Assembly (NCBI RefSeq): GCF_036588685.1
Contig: NC_086381.1
Span: forward strand, 27,900,001-27,964,000
Source: Mytilus trossulus
Taxonomy: Eukaryota
Reading direction: 5' to 3'
Length of the DNA: 64,000 nt
In this document: piece after piece, positions 35,249-54,787 of the stretch
Numbering within the stretch: position 1 is the stretch's first letter
How the letters are laid out: each line of letters starts with the position of its first letter
Notes under the pieces: model-generated
Database searches by the model: none
What the model was told of the DNA's origin: nothing
What the model saw: the letters and a program-made list of their open reading frames with translations, nothing else
Made by a program: the position numbers and the translations under genes

Positions 35249-35525
35249 TTTTGACAGATGTATACTCTCTGAAATGTAATCAGTGAATGATGGCCGTAAA
35301 TAAAAATTTCTATTTATACTCGGCAAAACGGATTGAAAGTTTTTACTTAACGCGAACTTCGGAGAGAGCACCTTCTAACATTCAACCTAACTACCTGGAA
35401 GAAGCGATGATTTGATTGGTTTAGAACTGAAACATCTTTCAATCCGTTTTGCGGGTATAAATAGTAAAATACCACCTAACGGGGTAATCATTGTTTATAC
35501 TTGTTCAAGTCAAACAACGTATTAA

Positions 35526-35909
<384 letters not shown>

Positions 35910-36353
35910 AGTCAACACTACAGAAACTTCACTTACAACGGCCCTTTTCAGGGCCACCAACATTTTTCAAAAAGAATCTGACTTTGTTGTGCAATCTCAA
36001 ACATAGCTCACTCCCTCCATTTCTCTTGTCTTTATCTCTTTATTTTTCCTTTTCTTTATAAACAGCATACAGATGTCTACTTTCTTATTATATATATAAC
36101 AATATTTGATGTGGAAAAAAAATGAAGAACAGTACGAGTTTCTTTTTTTCCCCTATAAAAGTCCAAGAAAATAAACAACTATATATAAACGTAGATTCGA
36201 TGAAAATGCGCAAGCACGAGAGGAAGAAAAACTCATAGTTGTTAGTGGTCAATATTGCATATATTTTTGGTGTAAATTTAGTTGCAGTCCTATATATTAT
36301 ACTATATAAGCACACACATTACAATCTATGACCTTATTTTTATATAATATATA

Positions 36354-36411
36354 TTCGTTCGTTCGTTCGTTCGTTCGTTCGTTCGTTCGTTCGTTCGTTC
36401 GTTCGTTCGTT
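36354..36411. repeat. (CGTT)14 microsatellite
   Basis: 58 bp. Confidence 0.97.
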
Positions 36412-37254
36412 GTCTGTCTAACTGTGATCTATGTGAATTCTTTTCTTCCTCTTCTGCTGTCACATTCTCTTAGATATATAATATATATTTTGTATTCCTA
36501 TACAAAGTACTTATGCGTATGTTTATAGTTGTGTAGATTATTTTTTAGCTCAAATCCTTTGTATTTGCAAAATTCGTATATAAACAATAAAGAATACTTC
36601 AACAATGTGCAAGTTTCCCAGTATGCGTGCAGTATACTATATAGAGAATATCATGGCTTTACATGATACAGAGACTAGAGAATACAGACACTGTATAGCT
36701 AGAGAGAACACAAAGACTATAGAGAGGATAAAAAGTGTTCTCTTTGTTTTAAGACACTGAGACGAGTGACAATTGTGTACTATAGTAAGCATGTCTATAC
36801 GAGAAACTGGCTACACACACTAAGAAAACGGCTGCATTTCTATACCACTGGCTATTGATGAAAATGGATGGATGATGTTTTTTTTTCTCTTTTTCTTCTT
36901 CTATTTTGCTCTTTAATTTACATTTCCTGTCAATTATTAATTTCGTGTCAGACTGTTGATTAAACAATTATTTATTATTTGAATAAAGATTATTATTAAG
37001 TTCTGCATTACTCTTGATTATTATTTTTTTTGGTCTTATGTCAAATTTTCGCTGACACTATCAGAATAGAAACAAATTGTGCCAATTGTTAGCTTGGGGT
37101 GAACAATCTTTAGCTTCAGTCCAAAAAGGGATCGAAAGCTGTGAAAGTAACTTCCAGATCAGTCCAATCATAATACAGAGATTTCAACCAATCAACGTGA
37201 GTTTTATTACCCCGAAAGGCCAATCAGTGTCGTGTTTGCAAACATTGCGGCTAG

Positions 37255-37740
<486 letters not shown>

Positions 37741-39366
37741 ACTGACCTTTACTCTATACAATAACGGCCCTTTTAAGGGCCACCAATATTTTCCAAAAAG
37801 AGTCTGAATATGTTGTACATCAAAATCAAAAATAGCTGAAACCCCCTCTCCACATCTTTCTTTATTTTTCTTTCTCTCCACATCTCTCTTTATTCTTCTT
37901 TCTTATTATCTTTTTTTTTTGCACTTAAGATTAGACAAGTCAGGTTACTGTATTGATAGGAGAAAAATATAGAGAAACTTATTTCAAAACATGCAAAGAA
38001 AATAAATAAAAGGATAAATAGAGAGAGAGACATACATATTTTTTATTTATCTAATTCTTCCAAATCCTTCGGGAAAAAACAAGAATGTTATACATTTTCT
38101 GGTATACCCTCCTGAAAAAATTAACATACATGTATACATTTAAATAAAAAAAAAAAGGTAAGAAAAAACATACTCCAAGAACAATACAATCCATCTTCTA
38201 ATTACAGAATTATTAAAATGTATTTCTTTCTAATTTCTGTGGTTATATTTTTCTCTAAATTGCATTTTTCTCGGTCTTATTTTCTCACTTATTTTTTAGA
38301 TGCTTTTTGTATGTAATTTTTACTCATATTGTGTATTCTACTGTGACAACATGAGAAGATTCAATTATTTTATATTTCTGAAATATATTTTCGGTACGGG
38401 TCCAAGTAGTCCACCTTAAATTCTCATTGAAAACTTTGTCTCCATCAATTGTGTGTTACAGAAAGAACTTTTTCTTGAATACCTTTATTTTGTGCTTAAA
38501 ATGCATCTATTTTGGGTGCTCTATGTGCCTTATAAATGATGTGAACATGTGTGCGGATGAATCTTTTTTTCCCATTGGTGGAGAAAAATAGACAAGGCGC
38601 AATAATTCATTCATTCAATGATGTACCAATTGTGGTATTTAAAAAGTGAGGCTGCACTGTGTACATTTCAAAAACCTATGACTACATGTATAAAGTAGCT
38701 GCTAAATTTAGAAAGATTCCTAATTAGTTGTTAAAAGATGAGCATTGATTGTATACATGTAATAATAACATGTTTGAAATGTGAATTTCCCGGGACATCT
38801 TTATTGAAACTGGTAAAGGTGATTTTGAGAAAAATTATCATGCACACCTGTTTTTATTTACAAGTCTATCTGTCCATGCTTAAATAACTGACTGGTATGC
38901 TGTAGATTAGTTTTGCTTTTACTCTCTTAAGTCTGCAGAGCTGCAGTGGACTATCTCTGAAACTGTATCTTTTGAACAAGAAAAATACTGTATAAAAAGA
39001 TTTTCTTTAAACTAATTGTTTTTATATTGCAATTGCACATTGTTAACTCCTGCTTATGTATGCAGTGTGATATGTTCTTGTATTTTAAGTAAAAGGAAAT
39101 AAATCTCTTTCACATTGGAAAATATAAGAAGTATTAATTGATGATGGAGATCATTAGTTATTTGGTCCATCTCTTATAATCTTTGTATTTTTATTTGTAT
39201 ACAGTTTGAAATATTTTATTTTCACATATTTTCAGAGAAGTGGATTGAAAGTGTACAGAATTCCTACAGAGTTACCTCCCCGATTTAGACGAAAACAACC
39301 AATCAGGTCCAACCTATCAAAAATTCAGTGGTATTTCTTTTAGGGCCGCGTTCATCAGATATATAG

Positions 39367-39730
<364 letters not shown>

Positions 39731-40484
39731 ACAGCCAGCTGAAAAATACAAATACAACGGCCCTTTTCAGGGCCACCAACATTTTTCAAAAAGAATCTGC
39801 ATTTGTTGTACTTAAAAAGAAAACCATAGCTTTCTCCTGTCCAACTTTCTTTACTTTCCTTTTTCTTTTATTCGTTTATTTTTTTTAATTTCTTTTCACT
39901 ATTTTTATTTAAGCCTATTAAAAAAAGACCAGCAAGGCTTTGGATACAATATGATTCCTGATTTTTGAATGTAAATAACATTTTTATTCTTTATTTCATA
40001 TGTATTCTTTTATGTAAAAGATATATTGCTGATTTTTCCTCCATTGTCAAACTCTAGTTATATTGTTTTTATATCCTAAAACAATCCCCCTCCCCCTTTT
40101 TTCTCTCTGTCGACGTATGTGTGAATTTAATCTGTTCGTGATATTTTTTTATATAATGTTTCAATACATATTCAAGTATAGTTCGATTCTAGACCCCCTC
40201 CCCCCCAAAAAAAGAGGGAAGAAATGTATAACCCGTGAAAAGGTTAAATTCTGGTGTATGTATATTTTTTCAAATCGGCTAATAAAATGAAGAATAAAGA
40301 AGAGAAAAGAAGAAAGAAAGAAAGAAAGACAAAAAGACAGAATTCAGATATAAATAAATTTGTCATTTTGGGGTGGGACACAGCTTCATTTAGAAGTTTG
40401 TTATGTACAACAATAATAAGACTCTTTTTGAAAAATATTGGTGGCCCTGAAAAGGGCCGTTTGTGAAGTTAAACTTCTCGTTGT

Positions 40485-40859
40485 TTACTTGCTGCTGGTG
40501 TACTTTGTGACGGCTTTGGTACCTTCACTGACAGCGTGCTTGGCCAATTCACCGGGTAGGAGCAGACGAACTGCAGTCTGGATCTCCCGAGATGTGATGG
40601 TAGATCTCTTGTTGTAGTGAGCGAGACGGGAAGCTTCTGCAGCGATTCTCTCAAAGATATCGTTGACAAAACTGTTCATGATAGACATAGCCTTTGAGGA
40701 TACTCCAGTGTCTGGGTGCACCTGTCTCAAGACTTTGTAGATGTAGATGGCATAGGATTCTCTCCTCTTCCTCCTCCTTTTCTTGTCACCGCCGGGTCTG
40801 GCAGTCTTTGCCTTTGTTACGGCCTTTTTGGCTCCTTTGGTTCCAACTTTTGGTGGCAT
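40485..40859 (-). CDS. H2B: Histone H2B
   Basis: Same protein as first copy. Confidence 0.99.
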   Translation of the reverse strand: MPPKVGTKGAKKAVTKAKTARPGGDKKRRRKRRESYAIYIYKVLRQVHPDTGVSSKAMSIMNSFVNDIFERIAAEASRLAHYNKRSTITSREIQTAVRLLLPGELAKHAVSEGTKAVTKYTSSK

Positions 40860-41142
40860 TTTTGACAGATGTATACTCTCTGAAATGTAATCAGTGAATG
40901 ATGGCCGTAAATAAAAATTTCTATTTATACTCGGCAAAACGGATTGAAAGTTTTTACTTAACGCGAACTTCGGAGAGAGCACCTTCTAACATTCAACCTA
41001 ACTACCTGGAAGAAGCGATGATTTGATTGGTTTAGAACTGAAACATCTTTCAATCCGTTTTGCGGGTATAAATAGTAAAATACCACCTAACGGGGTAATC
41101 ATTGTTTATACTTGTTCAAGTCAAACAACGTATTAAATCAAA

Positions 41143-41519
41143 ATGTCAGGACGAGGAAAAGGAGGAAAAGCAAAAGCAAAGGCAAAGTCTAGGTCATCCC
41201 GTGCCGGACTTCAGTTCCCAGTAGGTCGTATCCACAGACTTTTGAGGAAAGGAAACTACGCCGAGAGAGTTGGTGCCGGAGCACCAGTCTACCTTGCCGC
41301 TGTCTTGGAATACTTAGCAGCTGAGGTTTTGGAGTTGGCAGGAAATGCTGCCCGTGACAACAAGAAGAGCAGAATCATCCCCCGTCATCTCCAGTTGGCC
41401 ATCAGAAACGACGAAGAATTGAACAAACTTCTCTCTGGTGTAACCATTGCACAAGGTGGTGTTTTACCAAACATCCAGCTGTACTTCTGCCAAAGAAGAC
41501 ACAGAAAGCTGCCAAGTAA
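41143..41519 (+). pseudogene. H2A: Histone H2A with 1-bp deletion as assembled (probably a sequencing error)
   Basis: ccagct for ccaggct at ~41478; the stem-loop also lacks one G (~41550); ~100 bp from gap. Confidence 0.45.
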
Positions 41520-41583
41520 AGTCAACACTACAGAAACTTCACTTACAACGCCCTTTTCAGGGCCACCAACATTTTTCAAAAAG

Positions 41584-41683
41584 NNNNNNNNNNNNNNNNN
41601 NNNNNNNNNNNNNNNNNNNNNNNNNNNNNNNNNNNNNNNNNNNNNNNNNNNNNNNNNNNNNNNNNNNNNNNNNNNNNNNNNNN
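41584..41683. other. Assembly gap (100 N)
   Basis: Run of N. Confidence 0.99.
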
Positions 41684-42170
41684 AGAAATACATTTTAATA
41701 ATTCTGTAATTAGAAGATGGATTGTATTGTTCTTGGAGTATGTTTTTTCTTACCTTTTTTTTTTTATTTAAATGTATACATGTATGTTAATTTTTTCAGG
41801 AGGGTATACCAGAAAATGTATAACATTCTTGTTTTTTCCCGAAGGATTTGGAAGAATTAGATAAATAAAAAATATGTATGTCTCTCTCTCTATTTATCCT
41901 TTTATTTATTTTCTTTGCATGTTTTGAAATAAGTTTCTCTATATTTTTCTCCTATCAATACAGTAACCTGACTTGTCTAATCTTAAGTGCAAAAAAAAAA
42001 GATAATAAGAAAGAAGAATAAAGAGAGATGTGGAGAGAAAGAAAAATAAAGAAAGATGTGGAGAGGGGGTTTCAGCTATTTTTGATTTTGATGTACAACA
42101 TATTCAGACTCTTTTTGGAAAATATTGGTGGCCCTTAAAAGGGCCGTTATTGTATAGAGTAAAGGTCAGT

Positions 42171-42656
<486 letters not shown>

Positions 42657-43499
42657 CTAGCCGCAATGTTTGCAAACACGACACTGATTGGCCTTTCGGG
42701 GTAATAAAACTCACGTTGATTGGTTGAAATCTCTGTATTATGATTGGACTGATCTGGAAGTTACTTTCACAGCTTTCGATCCCTTTTTGGACTGAAGCTA
42801 AAGATTGTTCACCCCAAGCTAACAATTGGCACAATTTGTTTCTATTCTGATAGTGTCAGCGAAAATTTGACATAAGACCAAAAAAAATAATAATCAAGAG
42901 TAATGCAGAACTTAATAATAATCTTTATTCAAATAATAAATAATTGTTTAATCAACAGTCTGACACGAAATTAATAATTGACAGGAAATGTAAATTAAAG
43001 AGCAAAATAGAAGAAGAAAAAGAGAAAAAAAAACATCATCCATCCATTTTCATCAATAGCCAGTGGTATAGAAATGCAGCCGTTTTCTTAGTGTGTGTAG
43101 CCAGTTTCTCGTATAGACATGCTTACTATAGTACACAATTGTCACTCGTCTCAGTGTCTTAAAACAAAGAGAACACTTTTTATCCTCTCTATAGTCTTTG
43201 TGTTCTCTCTAGCTATACAGTGTCTGTATTCTCTAGTCTCTGTATCATGTAAAGCCATGATATTCTCTATATAGTATACTGCACGCATACTGGGAAACTT
43301 GCACATTGTTGAAGTATTCTTTATTGTTTATATACGAATTTTGCAAATACAAAGGATTTGAGCTAAAAAATAATCTACACAACTATAAACATACGCATAA
43401 GTACTTTGTATAGGAATACAAAATATATATTATATATCTAAGAGAATGTGACAGCAGAAGAGGAAGAAAAGAATTCACATAGATCACAGTTAGACAGAC

Positions 43500-43561
43500 A
43501 ACGAACGAACGAACGAACGAACGAACGAACGAACGAACGAACGAACGAACGAACGAACGAA
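43500..43561. repeat. (AACG)15 microsatellite
   Basis: 62 bp; gives the 5617-bp unit. Confidence 0.97.
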
Positions 43562-44005
43562 TATATATTATATAAAAATAAGGTCATAGATTGTAATGTG
43601 TGTGCTTATATAGTATAATATATAGGACTGCAACTAAATTTACACCAAAAATATATGCAATATTGACCACTAACAACTATGAGTTTTTCTTCCTCTCGTG
43701 CTTGCGCATTTTCATCGAATCTACGTTTATATATAGTTGTTTATTTTCTTGGACTTTTATAGGGGAAAAAAAGAAACTCGTACTGTTCTTCATTTTTTTT
43801 CCACATCAAATATTGTTATATATATAATAAGAAAGTAGACATCTGTATGCTGTTTATAAAGAAAAGGAAAAATAAAGAGATAAAGACAAGAGAAATGGAG
43901 GGAGTGAGCTATGTTTGAGATTGCACAACAAAGTCAGATTCTTTTTGAAAAATGTTGGTGGCCCTGAAAAGGGCCGTTGTAAGTGAAGTTTCTGTAGTGT
44001 TGACT

Positions 44006-44389
<384 letters not shown>

Positions 44390-44666
44390 TTAATACGTTG
44401 TTTGACTTGAACAAGTATAAACAATGATTACCCCGTTAGGTGGTATTTTACTATTTATACCCGCAAAACGGATTGAAAGATGTTTCAGTTCTAAACCAAT
44501 CAAATCATCGCTTCTTCCAGGTAGTTAGGTTGAATGTTAGAAGGTGCTCTCTCCGAAGTTCGCGTTAAGTAAAAACTTTCAATCCGTTTTGCCGAGTATA
44601 AATAGAAATTTTTATTTACGGCCATCATTCACTGATTACATTTCAGAGAGTATACATCTGTCAAAA

Positions 44667-45041
44667 ATGCCACCAAAAGTTGGAACCAAAGGAGCCAAAA
44701 AGGCCGTAACAAAGGCAAAGACTGCCAGACCCGGCGGTGACAAGAAAAGGAGGAGGAAGAGGAGAGAATCCTATGCCATCTACATCTACAAAGTCTTGAG
44801 ACAGGTGCACCCAGACACTGGAGTATCCTCAAAGGCTATGTCTATCATGAACAGTTTTGTCAACGATATCTTTGAGAGAATCGCTGCAGAAGCTTCCCGT
44901 CTCGCTCACTACAACAAGAGATCTACCATCACATCTCGGGAGATCCAGACTGCAGTTCGTCTGCTCCTACCCGGTGAATTGGCCAAGCACGCTGTCAGTG
45001 AAGGTACCAAAGCCGTCACAAAGTACACCAGCAGCAAGTAA
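44667..45041 (+). CDS. H2B: Histone H2B
   Basis: Same protein as first copy. Confidence 0.99.
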   Translation: MPPKVGTKGAKKAVTKAKTARPGGDKKRRRKRRESYAIYIYKVLRQVHPDTGVSSKAMSIMNSFVNDIFERIAAEASRLAHYNKRSTITSREIQTAVRLLLPGELAKHAVSEGTKAVTKYTSSK

Positions 45042-45795
45042 ACAACGAGAAGTTTAACTTCACAAACGGCCCTTTTCAGGGCCACCAATATTTTTCAAAA
45101 AGAGTCTTATTATTGTTGTACATAACAAACTTCTAAATGAAGCTGTGTCCCACCCCAAAATGACAAATTTATTTATATCTGAATTCTGTCTTTTTGTCTT
45201 TCTTTCTTTCTTTCTTCTTTTCTCTTCTTTATTCTTCATTTTATTAGCCGATTTGAAAAAATATACATACACCAGAATTTAACCTTTTCACGGGTTATAC
45301 ATTTCTTCCCTCTTTTTTTGGGGGGGAGGGGGTCTAGAATCGAACTATACTTGAATATGTATTGAAACATTATATAAAAAAATATCACGAACAGATTAAA
45401 TTCACACATACGTCGACAGAGAGAAAAAAGGGGGAGGGGGATTGTTTTAGGATATAAAAACAATATAACTAGAGTTTGACAATGGAGGAAAAATCAGCAA
45501 TATATCTTTTACATAAAAGAATACATATGAAATAAAGAATAAAAATGTTATTTACATTCAAAAATCAGGAATCATATTGTATCCAAAGCCTTGCTGGTCT
45601 TTTTTTAATAGGCTTAAATAAAAATAGTGAAAAGAAATTAAAAAAAATAAACGAATAAAAGAAAAAGGAAAGTAAAGAAAGTTGGACAGGAGAAAGCTAT
45701 GGTTTTCTTTTTAAGTACAACAAATGCAGATTCTTTTTGAAAAATGTTGGTGGCCCTGAAAAGGGCCGTTGTATTTGTATTTTTCAGCTGGCTGT

Positions 45796-46161
<366 letters not shown>

Positions 46162-47787
46162 CTATATATCTGATGAACGCGGCCCTAAAAGAAATACCAC
46201 TGAATTTTTGATAGGTTGGACCTGATTGGTTGTTTTCGTCTAAATCGGGGAGGTAACTCTGTAGGAATTCTGTACACTTTCAATCCACTTCTCTGAAAAT
46301 ATGTGAAAATAAAATATTTCAAACTGTATACAAATAAAAATACAAAGATTATAAGAGATGGACCAAATAACTAATGATCTCCATCATCAATTAATACTTC
46401 TTATATTTTCCAATGTGAAAGAGATTTATTTCCTTTTACTTAAAATACAAGAACATATCACACTGCATACATAAGCAGGAGTTAACAATGTGCAATTGCA
46501 ATATAAAAACAATTAGTTTAAAGAAAATCTTTTTATACAGTATTTTTCTTGTTCAAAAGATACAGTTTCAGAGATAGTCCACTGCAGCTCTGCAGACTTA
46601 AGAGAGTAAAAGCAAAACTAATCTACAGCATACCAGTCAGTTATTTAAGCATGGACAGATAGACTTGTAAATAAAAACAGGTGTGCATGATAATTTTTCT
46701 CAAAATCACCTTTACCAGTTTCAATAAAGATGTCCCGGGAAATTCACATTTCAAACATGTTATTATTACATGTATACAATCAATGCTCATCTTTTAACAA
46801 CTAATTAGGAATCTTTCTAAATTTAGCAGCTACTTTATACATGTAGTCATAGGTTTTTGAAATGTACACAGTGCAGCCTCACTTTTTAAATACCACAATT
46901 GGTACATCATTGAATGAATGAATTATTGCGCCTTGTCTATTTTTCTCCACCAATGGGAAAAAAAGATTCATCCGCACACATGTTCACATCATTTATAAGG
47001 CACATAGAGCACCCAAAATAGATGCATTTTAAGCACAAAATAAAGGTATTCAAGAAAAAGTTCTTTCTGTAACACACAATTGATGGAGACAAAGTTTTCA
47101 ATGAGAATTTAAGGTGGACTACTTGGACCCGTACCGAAAATATATTTCAGAAATATAAAATAATTGAATCTTCTCATGTTGTCACAGTAGAATACACAAT
47201 ATGAGTAAAAATTACATACAAAAAGCATCTAAAAAATAAGTGAGAAAATAAGACCGAGAAAAATGCAATTTAGAGAAAAATATAACCACAGAAATTAGAA
47301 AGAAATACATTTTAATAATTCTGTAATTAGAAGATGGATTGTATTGTTCTTGGAGTATGTTTTTTCTTACCTTTTTTTTTTTATTTAAATGTATACATGT
47401 ATGTTAATTTTTTCAGGAGGGTATACCAGAAAATGTATAACATTCTTGTTTTTTCCCGAAGGATTTGGAAGAATTAGATAAATAAAAAATATGTATGTCT
47501 CTCTCTCTATTTATCCTTTTATTTATTTTCTTTGCATGTTTTGAAATAAGTTTCTCTATATTTTTCTCCTATCAATACAGTAACCTGACTTGTCTAATCT
47601 TAAGTGCAAAAAAAAAAGATAATAAGAAAGAAGAATAAAGAGAGATGTGGAGAGAAAGAAAAATAAAGAAAGATGTGGAGAGGGGGTTTCAGCTATTTTT
47701 GATTTTGATGTACAACATATTCAGACTCTTTTTGGAAAATATTGGTGGCCCTTAAAAGGGCCGTTATTGTATAGAGTAAAGGTCAGT

Positions 47788-48273
<486 letters not shown>

Positions 48274-49116
48274 CTAGCCGCAATGTTTGCAAACACGACA
48301 CTGATTGGCCTTTCGGGGTAATAAAACTCACGTTGATTGGTTGAAATCTCTGTATTATGATTGGACTGATCTGGAAGTTACTTTCACAGCTTTCGATCCC
48401 TTTTTGGACTGAAGCTAAAGATTGTTCACCCCAAGCTAACAATTGGCACAATTTGTTTCTATTCTGATAGTGTCAGCGAAAATTTGACATAAGACCAAAA
48501 AAAATAATAATCAAGAGTAATGCAGAACTTAATAATAATCTTTATTCAAATAATAAATAATTGTTTAATCAACAGTCTGACACGAAATTAATAATTGACA
48601 GGAAATGTAAATTAAAGAGCAAAATAGAAGAAGAAAAAGAGAAAAAAAAACATCATCCATCCATTTTCATCAATAGCCAGTGGTATAGAAATGCAGCCGT
48701 TTTCTTAGTGTGTGTAGCCAGTTTCTCGTATAGACATGCTTACTATAGTACACAATTGTCACTCGTCTCAGTGTCTTAAAACAAAGAGAACACTTTTTAT
48801 CCTCTCTATAGTCTTTGTGTTCTCTCTAGCTATACAGTGTCTGTATTCTCTAGTCTCTGTATCATGTAAAGCCATGATATTCTCTATATAGTATACTGCA
48901 CGCATACTGGGAAACTTGCACATTGTTGAAGTATTCTTTATTGTTTATATACGAATTTTGCAAATACAAAGGATTTGAGCTAAAAAATAATCTACACAAC
49001 TATAAACATACGCATAAGTACTTTGTATAGGAATACAAAATATATATTATATATCTAAGAGAATGTGACAGCAGAAGAGGAAGAAAAGAATTCACATAGA
49101 TCACAGTTAGACAGAC

Positions 49117-49174
49117 AACGAACGAACGAACGAACGAACGAACGAACGAACGAACGAACGAACGAACGAACGAA
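49117..49174. repeat. (AACG)14 microsatellite
   Basis: 58 bp. Confidence 0.97.
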
Positions 49175-49618
49175 TATATATTATATAAAAATAAGGTCAT
49201 AGATTGTAATGTGTGTGCTTATATAGTATAATATATAGGACTGCAACTAAATTTACACCAAAAATATATGCAATATTGACCACTAACAACTATGAGTTTT
49301 TCTTCCTCTCGTGCTTGCGCATTTTCATCGAATCTACGTTTATATATAGTTGTTTATTTTCTTGGACTTTTATAGGGGAAAAAAAGAAACTCGTACTGTT
49401 CTTCATTTTTTTTCCACATCAAATATTGTTATATATATAATAAGAAAGTAGACATCTGTATGCTGTTTATAAAGAAAAGGAAAAATAAAGAGATAAAGAC
49501 AAGAGAAATGGAGGGAGTGAGCTATGTTTGAGATTGCACAACAAAGTCAGATTCTTTTTGAAAAATGTTGGTGGCCCTGAAAAGGGCCGTTGTAAGTGAA
49601 GTTTCTGTAGTGTTGACT

Positions 49619-50002
<384 letters not shown>

Positions 50003-50279
50003 TTAATACGTTGTTTGACTTGAACAAGTATAAACAATGATTACCCCGTTAGGTGGTATTTTACTATTTATACCCGCAAAACGGATTGAAAGATGTTTCA
50101 GTTCTAAACCAATCAAATCATCGCTTCTTCCAGGTAGTTAGGTTGAATGTTAGAAGGTGCTCTCTCCGAAGTTCGCGTTAAGTAAAAACTTTCAATCCGT
50201 TTTGCCGAGTATAAATAGAAATTTTTATTTACGGCCATCATTCACTGATTACATTTCAGAGAGTATACATCTGTCAAAA

Positions 50280-50654
50280 ATGCCACCAAAAGTTGGAACC
50301 AAAGGAGCCAAAAAGGCCGTAACAAAGGCAAAGACTGCCAGACCCGGCGGTGACAAGAAAAGGAGGAGGAAGAGGAGAGAATCCTATGCCATCTACATCT
50401 ACAAAGTCTTGAGACAGGTGCACCCAGACACTGGAGTATCCTCAAAGGCTATGTCTATCATGAACAGTTTTGTCAACGATATCTTTGAGAGAATCGCTGC
50501 AGAAGCTTCCCGTCTCGCTCACTACAACAAGAGATCTACCATCACATCTCGGGAGATCCAGACTGCAGTTCGTCTGCTCCTACCCGGTGAATTGGCCAAG
50601 CACGCTGTCAGTGAAGGTACCAAAGCCGTCACAAAGTACACCAGCAGCAAGTAA
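50280..50654 (+). CDS. H2B: Histone H2B
   Basis: Same protein as first copy. Confidence 0.99.
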   Translation: MPPKVGTKGAKKAVTKAKTARPGGDKKRRRKRRESYAIYIYKVLRQVHPDTGVSSKAMSIMNSFVNDIFERIAAEASRLAHYNKRSTITSREIQTAVRLLLPGELAKHAVSEGTKAVTKYTSSK

Positions 50655-51408
50655 ACAACGAGAAGTTTAACTTCACAAACGGCCCTTTTCAGGGCCACCA
50701 ATATTTTTCAAAAAGAGTCTTATTATTGTTGTACATAACAAACTTCTAAATGAAGCTGTGTCCCACCCCAAAATGACAAATTTATTTATATCTGAATTCT
50801 GTCTTTTTGTCTTTCTTTCTTTCTTTCTTCTTTTCTCTTCTTTATTCTTCATTTTATTAGCCGATTTGAAAAAATATACATACACCAGAATTTAACCTTT
50901 TCACGGGTTATACATTTCTTCCCTCTTTTTTTGGGGGGGAGGGGGTCTAGAATCGAACTATACTTGAATATGTATTGAAACATTATATAAAAAAATATCA
51001 CGAACAGATTAAATTCACACATACGTCGACAGAGAGAAAAAAGGGGGAGGGGGATTGTTTTAGGATATAAAAACAATATAACTAGAGTTTGACAATGGAG
51101 GAAAAATCAGCAATATATCTTTTACATAAAAGAATACATATGAAATAAAGAATAAAAATGTTATTTACATTCAAAAATCAGGAATCATATTGTATCCAAA
51201 GCCTTGCTGGTCTTTTTTTAATAGGCTTAAATAAAAATAGTGAAAAGAAATTAAAAAAAATAAACGAATAAAAGAAAAAGGAAAGTAAAGAAAGTTGGAC
51301 AGGAGAAAGCTATGGTTTTCTTTTTAAGTACAACAAATGCAGATTCTTTTTGAAAAATGTTGGTGGCCCTGAAAAGGGCCGTTGTATTTGTATTTTTCAG
51401 CTGGCTGT

Positions 51409-51774
<366 letters not shown>

Positions 51775-53400
51775 CTATATATCTGATGAACGCGGCCCTA
51801 AAAGAAATACCACTGAATTTTTGATAGGTTGGACCTGATTGGTTGTTTTCGTCTAAATCGGGGAGGTAACTCTGTAGGAATTCTGTACACTTTCAATCCA
51901 CTTCTCTGAAAATATGTGAAAATAAAATATTTCAAACTGTATACAAATAAAAATACAAAGATTATAAGAGATGGACCAAATAACTAATGATCTCCATCAT
52001 CAATTAATACTTCTTATATTTTCCAATGTGAAAGAGATTTATTTCCTTTTACTTAAAATACAAGAACATATCACACTGCATACATAAGCAGGAGTTAACA
52101 ATGTGCAATTGCAATATAAAAACAATTAGTTTAAAGAAAATCTTTTTATACAGTATTTTTCTTGTTCAAAAGATACAGTTTCAGAGATAGTCCACTGCAG
52201 CTCTGCAGACTTAAGAGAGTAAAAGCAAAACTAATCTACAGCATACCAGTCAGTTATTTAAGCATGGACAGATAGACTTGTAAATAAAAACAGGTGTGCA
52301 TGATAATTTTTCTCAAAATCACCTTTACCAGTTTCAATAAAGATGTCCCGGGAAATTCACATTTCAAACATGTTATTATTACATGTATACAATCAATGCT
52401 CATCTTTTAACAACTAATTAGGAATCTTTCTAAATTTAGCAGCTACTTTATACATGTAGTCATAGGTTTTTGAAATGTACACAGTGCAGCCTCACTTTTT
52501 AAATACCACAATTGGTACATCATTGAATGAATGAATTATTGCGCCTTGTCTATTTTTCTCCACCAATGGGAAAAAAAGATTCATCCGCACACATGTTCAC
52601 ATCATTTATAAGGCACATAGAGCACCCAAAATAGATGCATTTTAAGCACAAAATAAAGGTATTCAAGAAAAAGTTCTTTCTGTAACACACAATTGATGGA
52701 GACAAAGTTTTCAATGAGAATTTAAGGTGGACTACTTGGACCCGTACCGAAAATATATTTCAGAAATATAAAATAATTGAATCTTCTCATGTTGTCACAG
52801 TAGAATACACAATATGAGTAAAAATTACATACAAAAAGCATCTAAAAAATAAGTGAGAAAATAAGACCGAGAAAAATGCAATTTAGAGAAAAATATAACC
52901 ACAGAAATTAGAAAGAAATACATTTTAATAATTCTGTAATTAGAAGATGGATTGTATTGTTCTTGGAGTATGTTTTTTCTTACCTTTTTTTTTTTATTTA
53001 AATGTATACATGTATGTTAATTTTTTCAGGAGGGTATACCAGAAAATGTATAACATTCTTGTTTTTTCCCGAAGGATTTGGAAGAATTAGATAAATAAAA
53101 AATATGTATGTCTCTCTCTCTATTTATCCTTTTATTTATTTTCTTTGCATGTTTTGAAATAAGTTTCTCTATATTTTTCTCCTATCAATACAGTAACCTG
53201 ACTTGTCTAATCTTAAGTGCAAAAAAAAAAGATAATAAGAAAGAAGAATAAAGAGAGATGTGGAGAGAAAGAAAAATAAAGAAAGATGTGGAGAGGGGGT
53301 TTCAGCTATTTTTGATTTTGATGTACAACATATTCAGACTCTTTTTGGAAAATATTGGTGGCCCTTAAAAGGGCCGTTATTGTATAGAGTAAAGGTCAGT

Positions 53401-53886
<486 letters not shown>

Positions 53887-54729
53887 CTAGCCGCAATGTT
53901 TGCAAACACGACACTGATTGGCCTTTCGGGGTAATAAAACTCACGTTGATTGGTTGAAATCTCTGTATTATGATTGGACTGATCTGGAAGTTACTTTCAC
54001 AGCTTTCGATCCCTTTTTGGACTGAAGCTAAAGATTGTTCACCCCAAGCTAACAATTGGCACAATTTGTTTCTATTCTGATAGTGTCAGCGAAAATTTGA
54101 CATAAGACCAAAAAAAATAATAATCAAGAGTAATGCAGAACTTAATAATAATCTTTATTCAAATAATAAATAATTGTTTAATCAACAGTCTGACACGAAA
54201 TTAATAATTGACAGGAAATGTAAATTAAAGAGCAAAATAGAAGAAGAAAAAGAGAAAAAAAAACATCATCCATCCATTTTCATCAATAGCCAGTGGTATA
54301 GAAATGCAGCCGTTTTCTTAGTGTGTGTAGCCAGTTTCTCGTATAGACATGCTTACTATAGTACACAATTGTCACTCGTCTCAGTGTCTTAAAACAAAGA
54401 GAACACTTTTTATCCTCTCTATAGTCTTTGTGTTCTCTCTAGCTATACAGTGTCTGTATTCTCTAGTCTCTGTATCATGTAAAGCCATGATATTCTCTAT
54501 ATAGTATACTGCACGCATACTGGGAAACTTGCACATTGTTGAAGTATTCTTTATTGTTTATATACGAATTTTGCAAATACAAAGGATTTGAGCTAAAAAA
54601 TAATCTACACAACTATAAACATACGCATAAGTACTTTGTATAGGAATACAAAATATATATTATATATCTAAGAGAATGTGACAGCAGAAGAGGAAGAAAA
54701 GAATTCACATAGATCACAGTTAGACAGAC

Positions 54730-54787
54730 AACGAACGAACGAACGAACGAACGAACGAACGAACGAACGAACGAACGAACGAACGAA
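54730..54787. repeat. (AACG)14 microsatellite
   Basis: 58 bp. Confidence 0.97.
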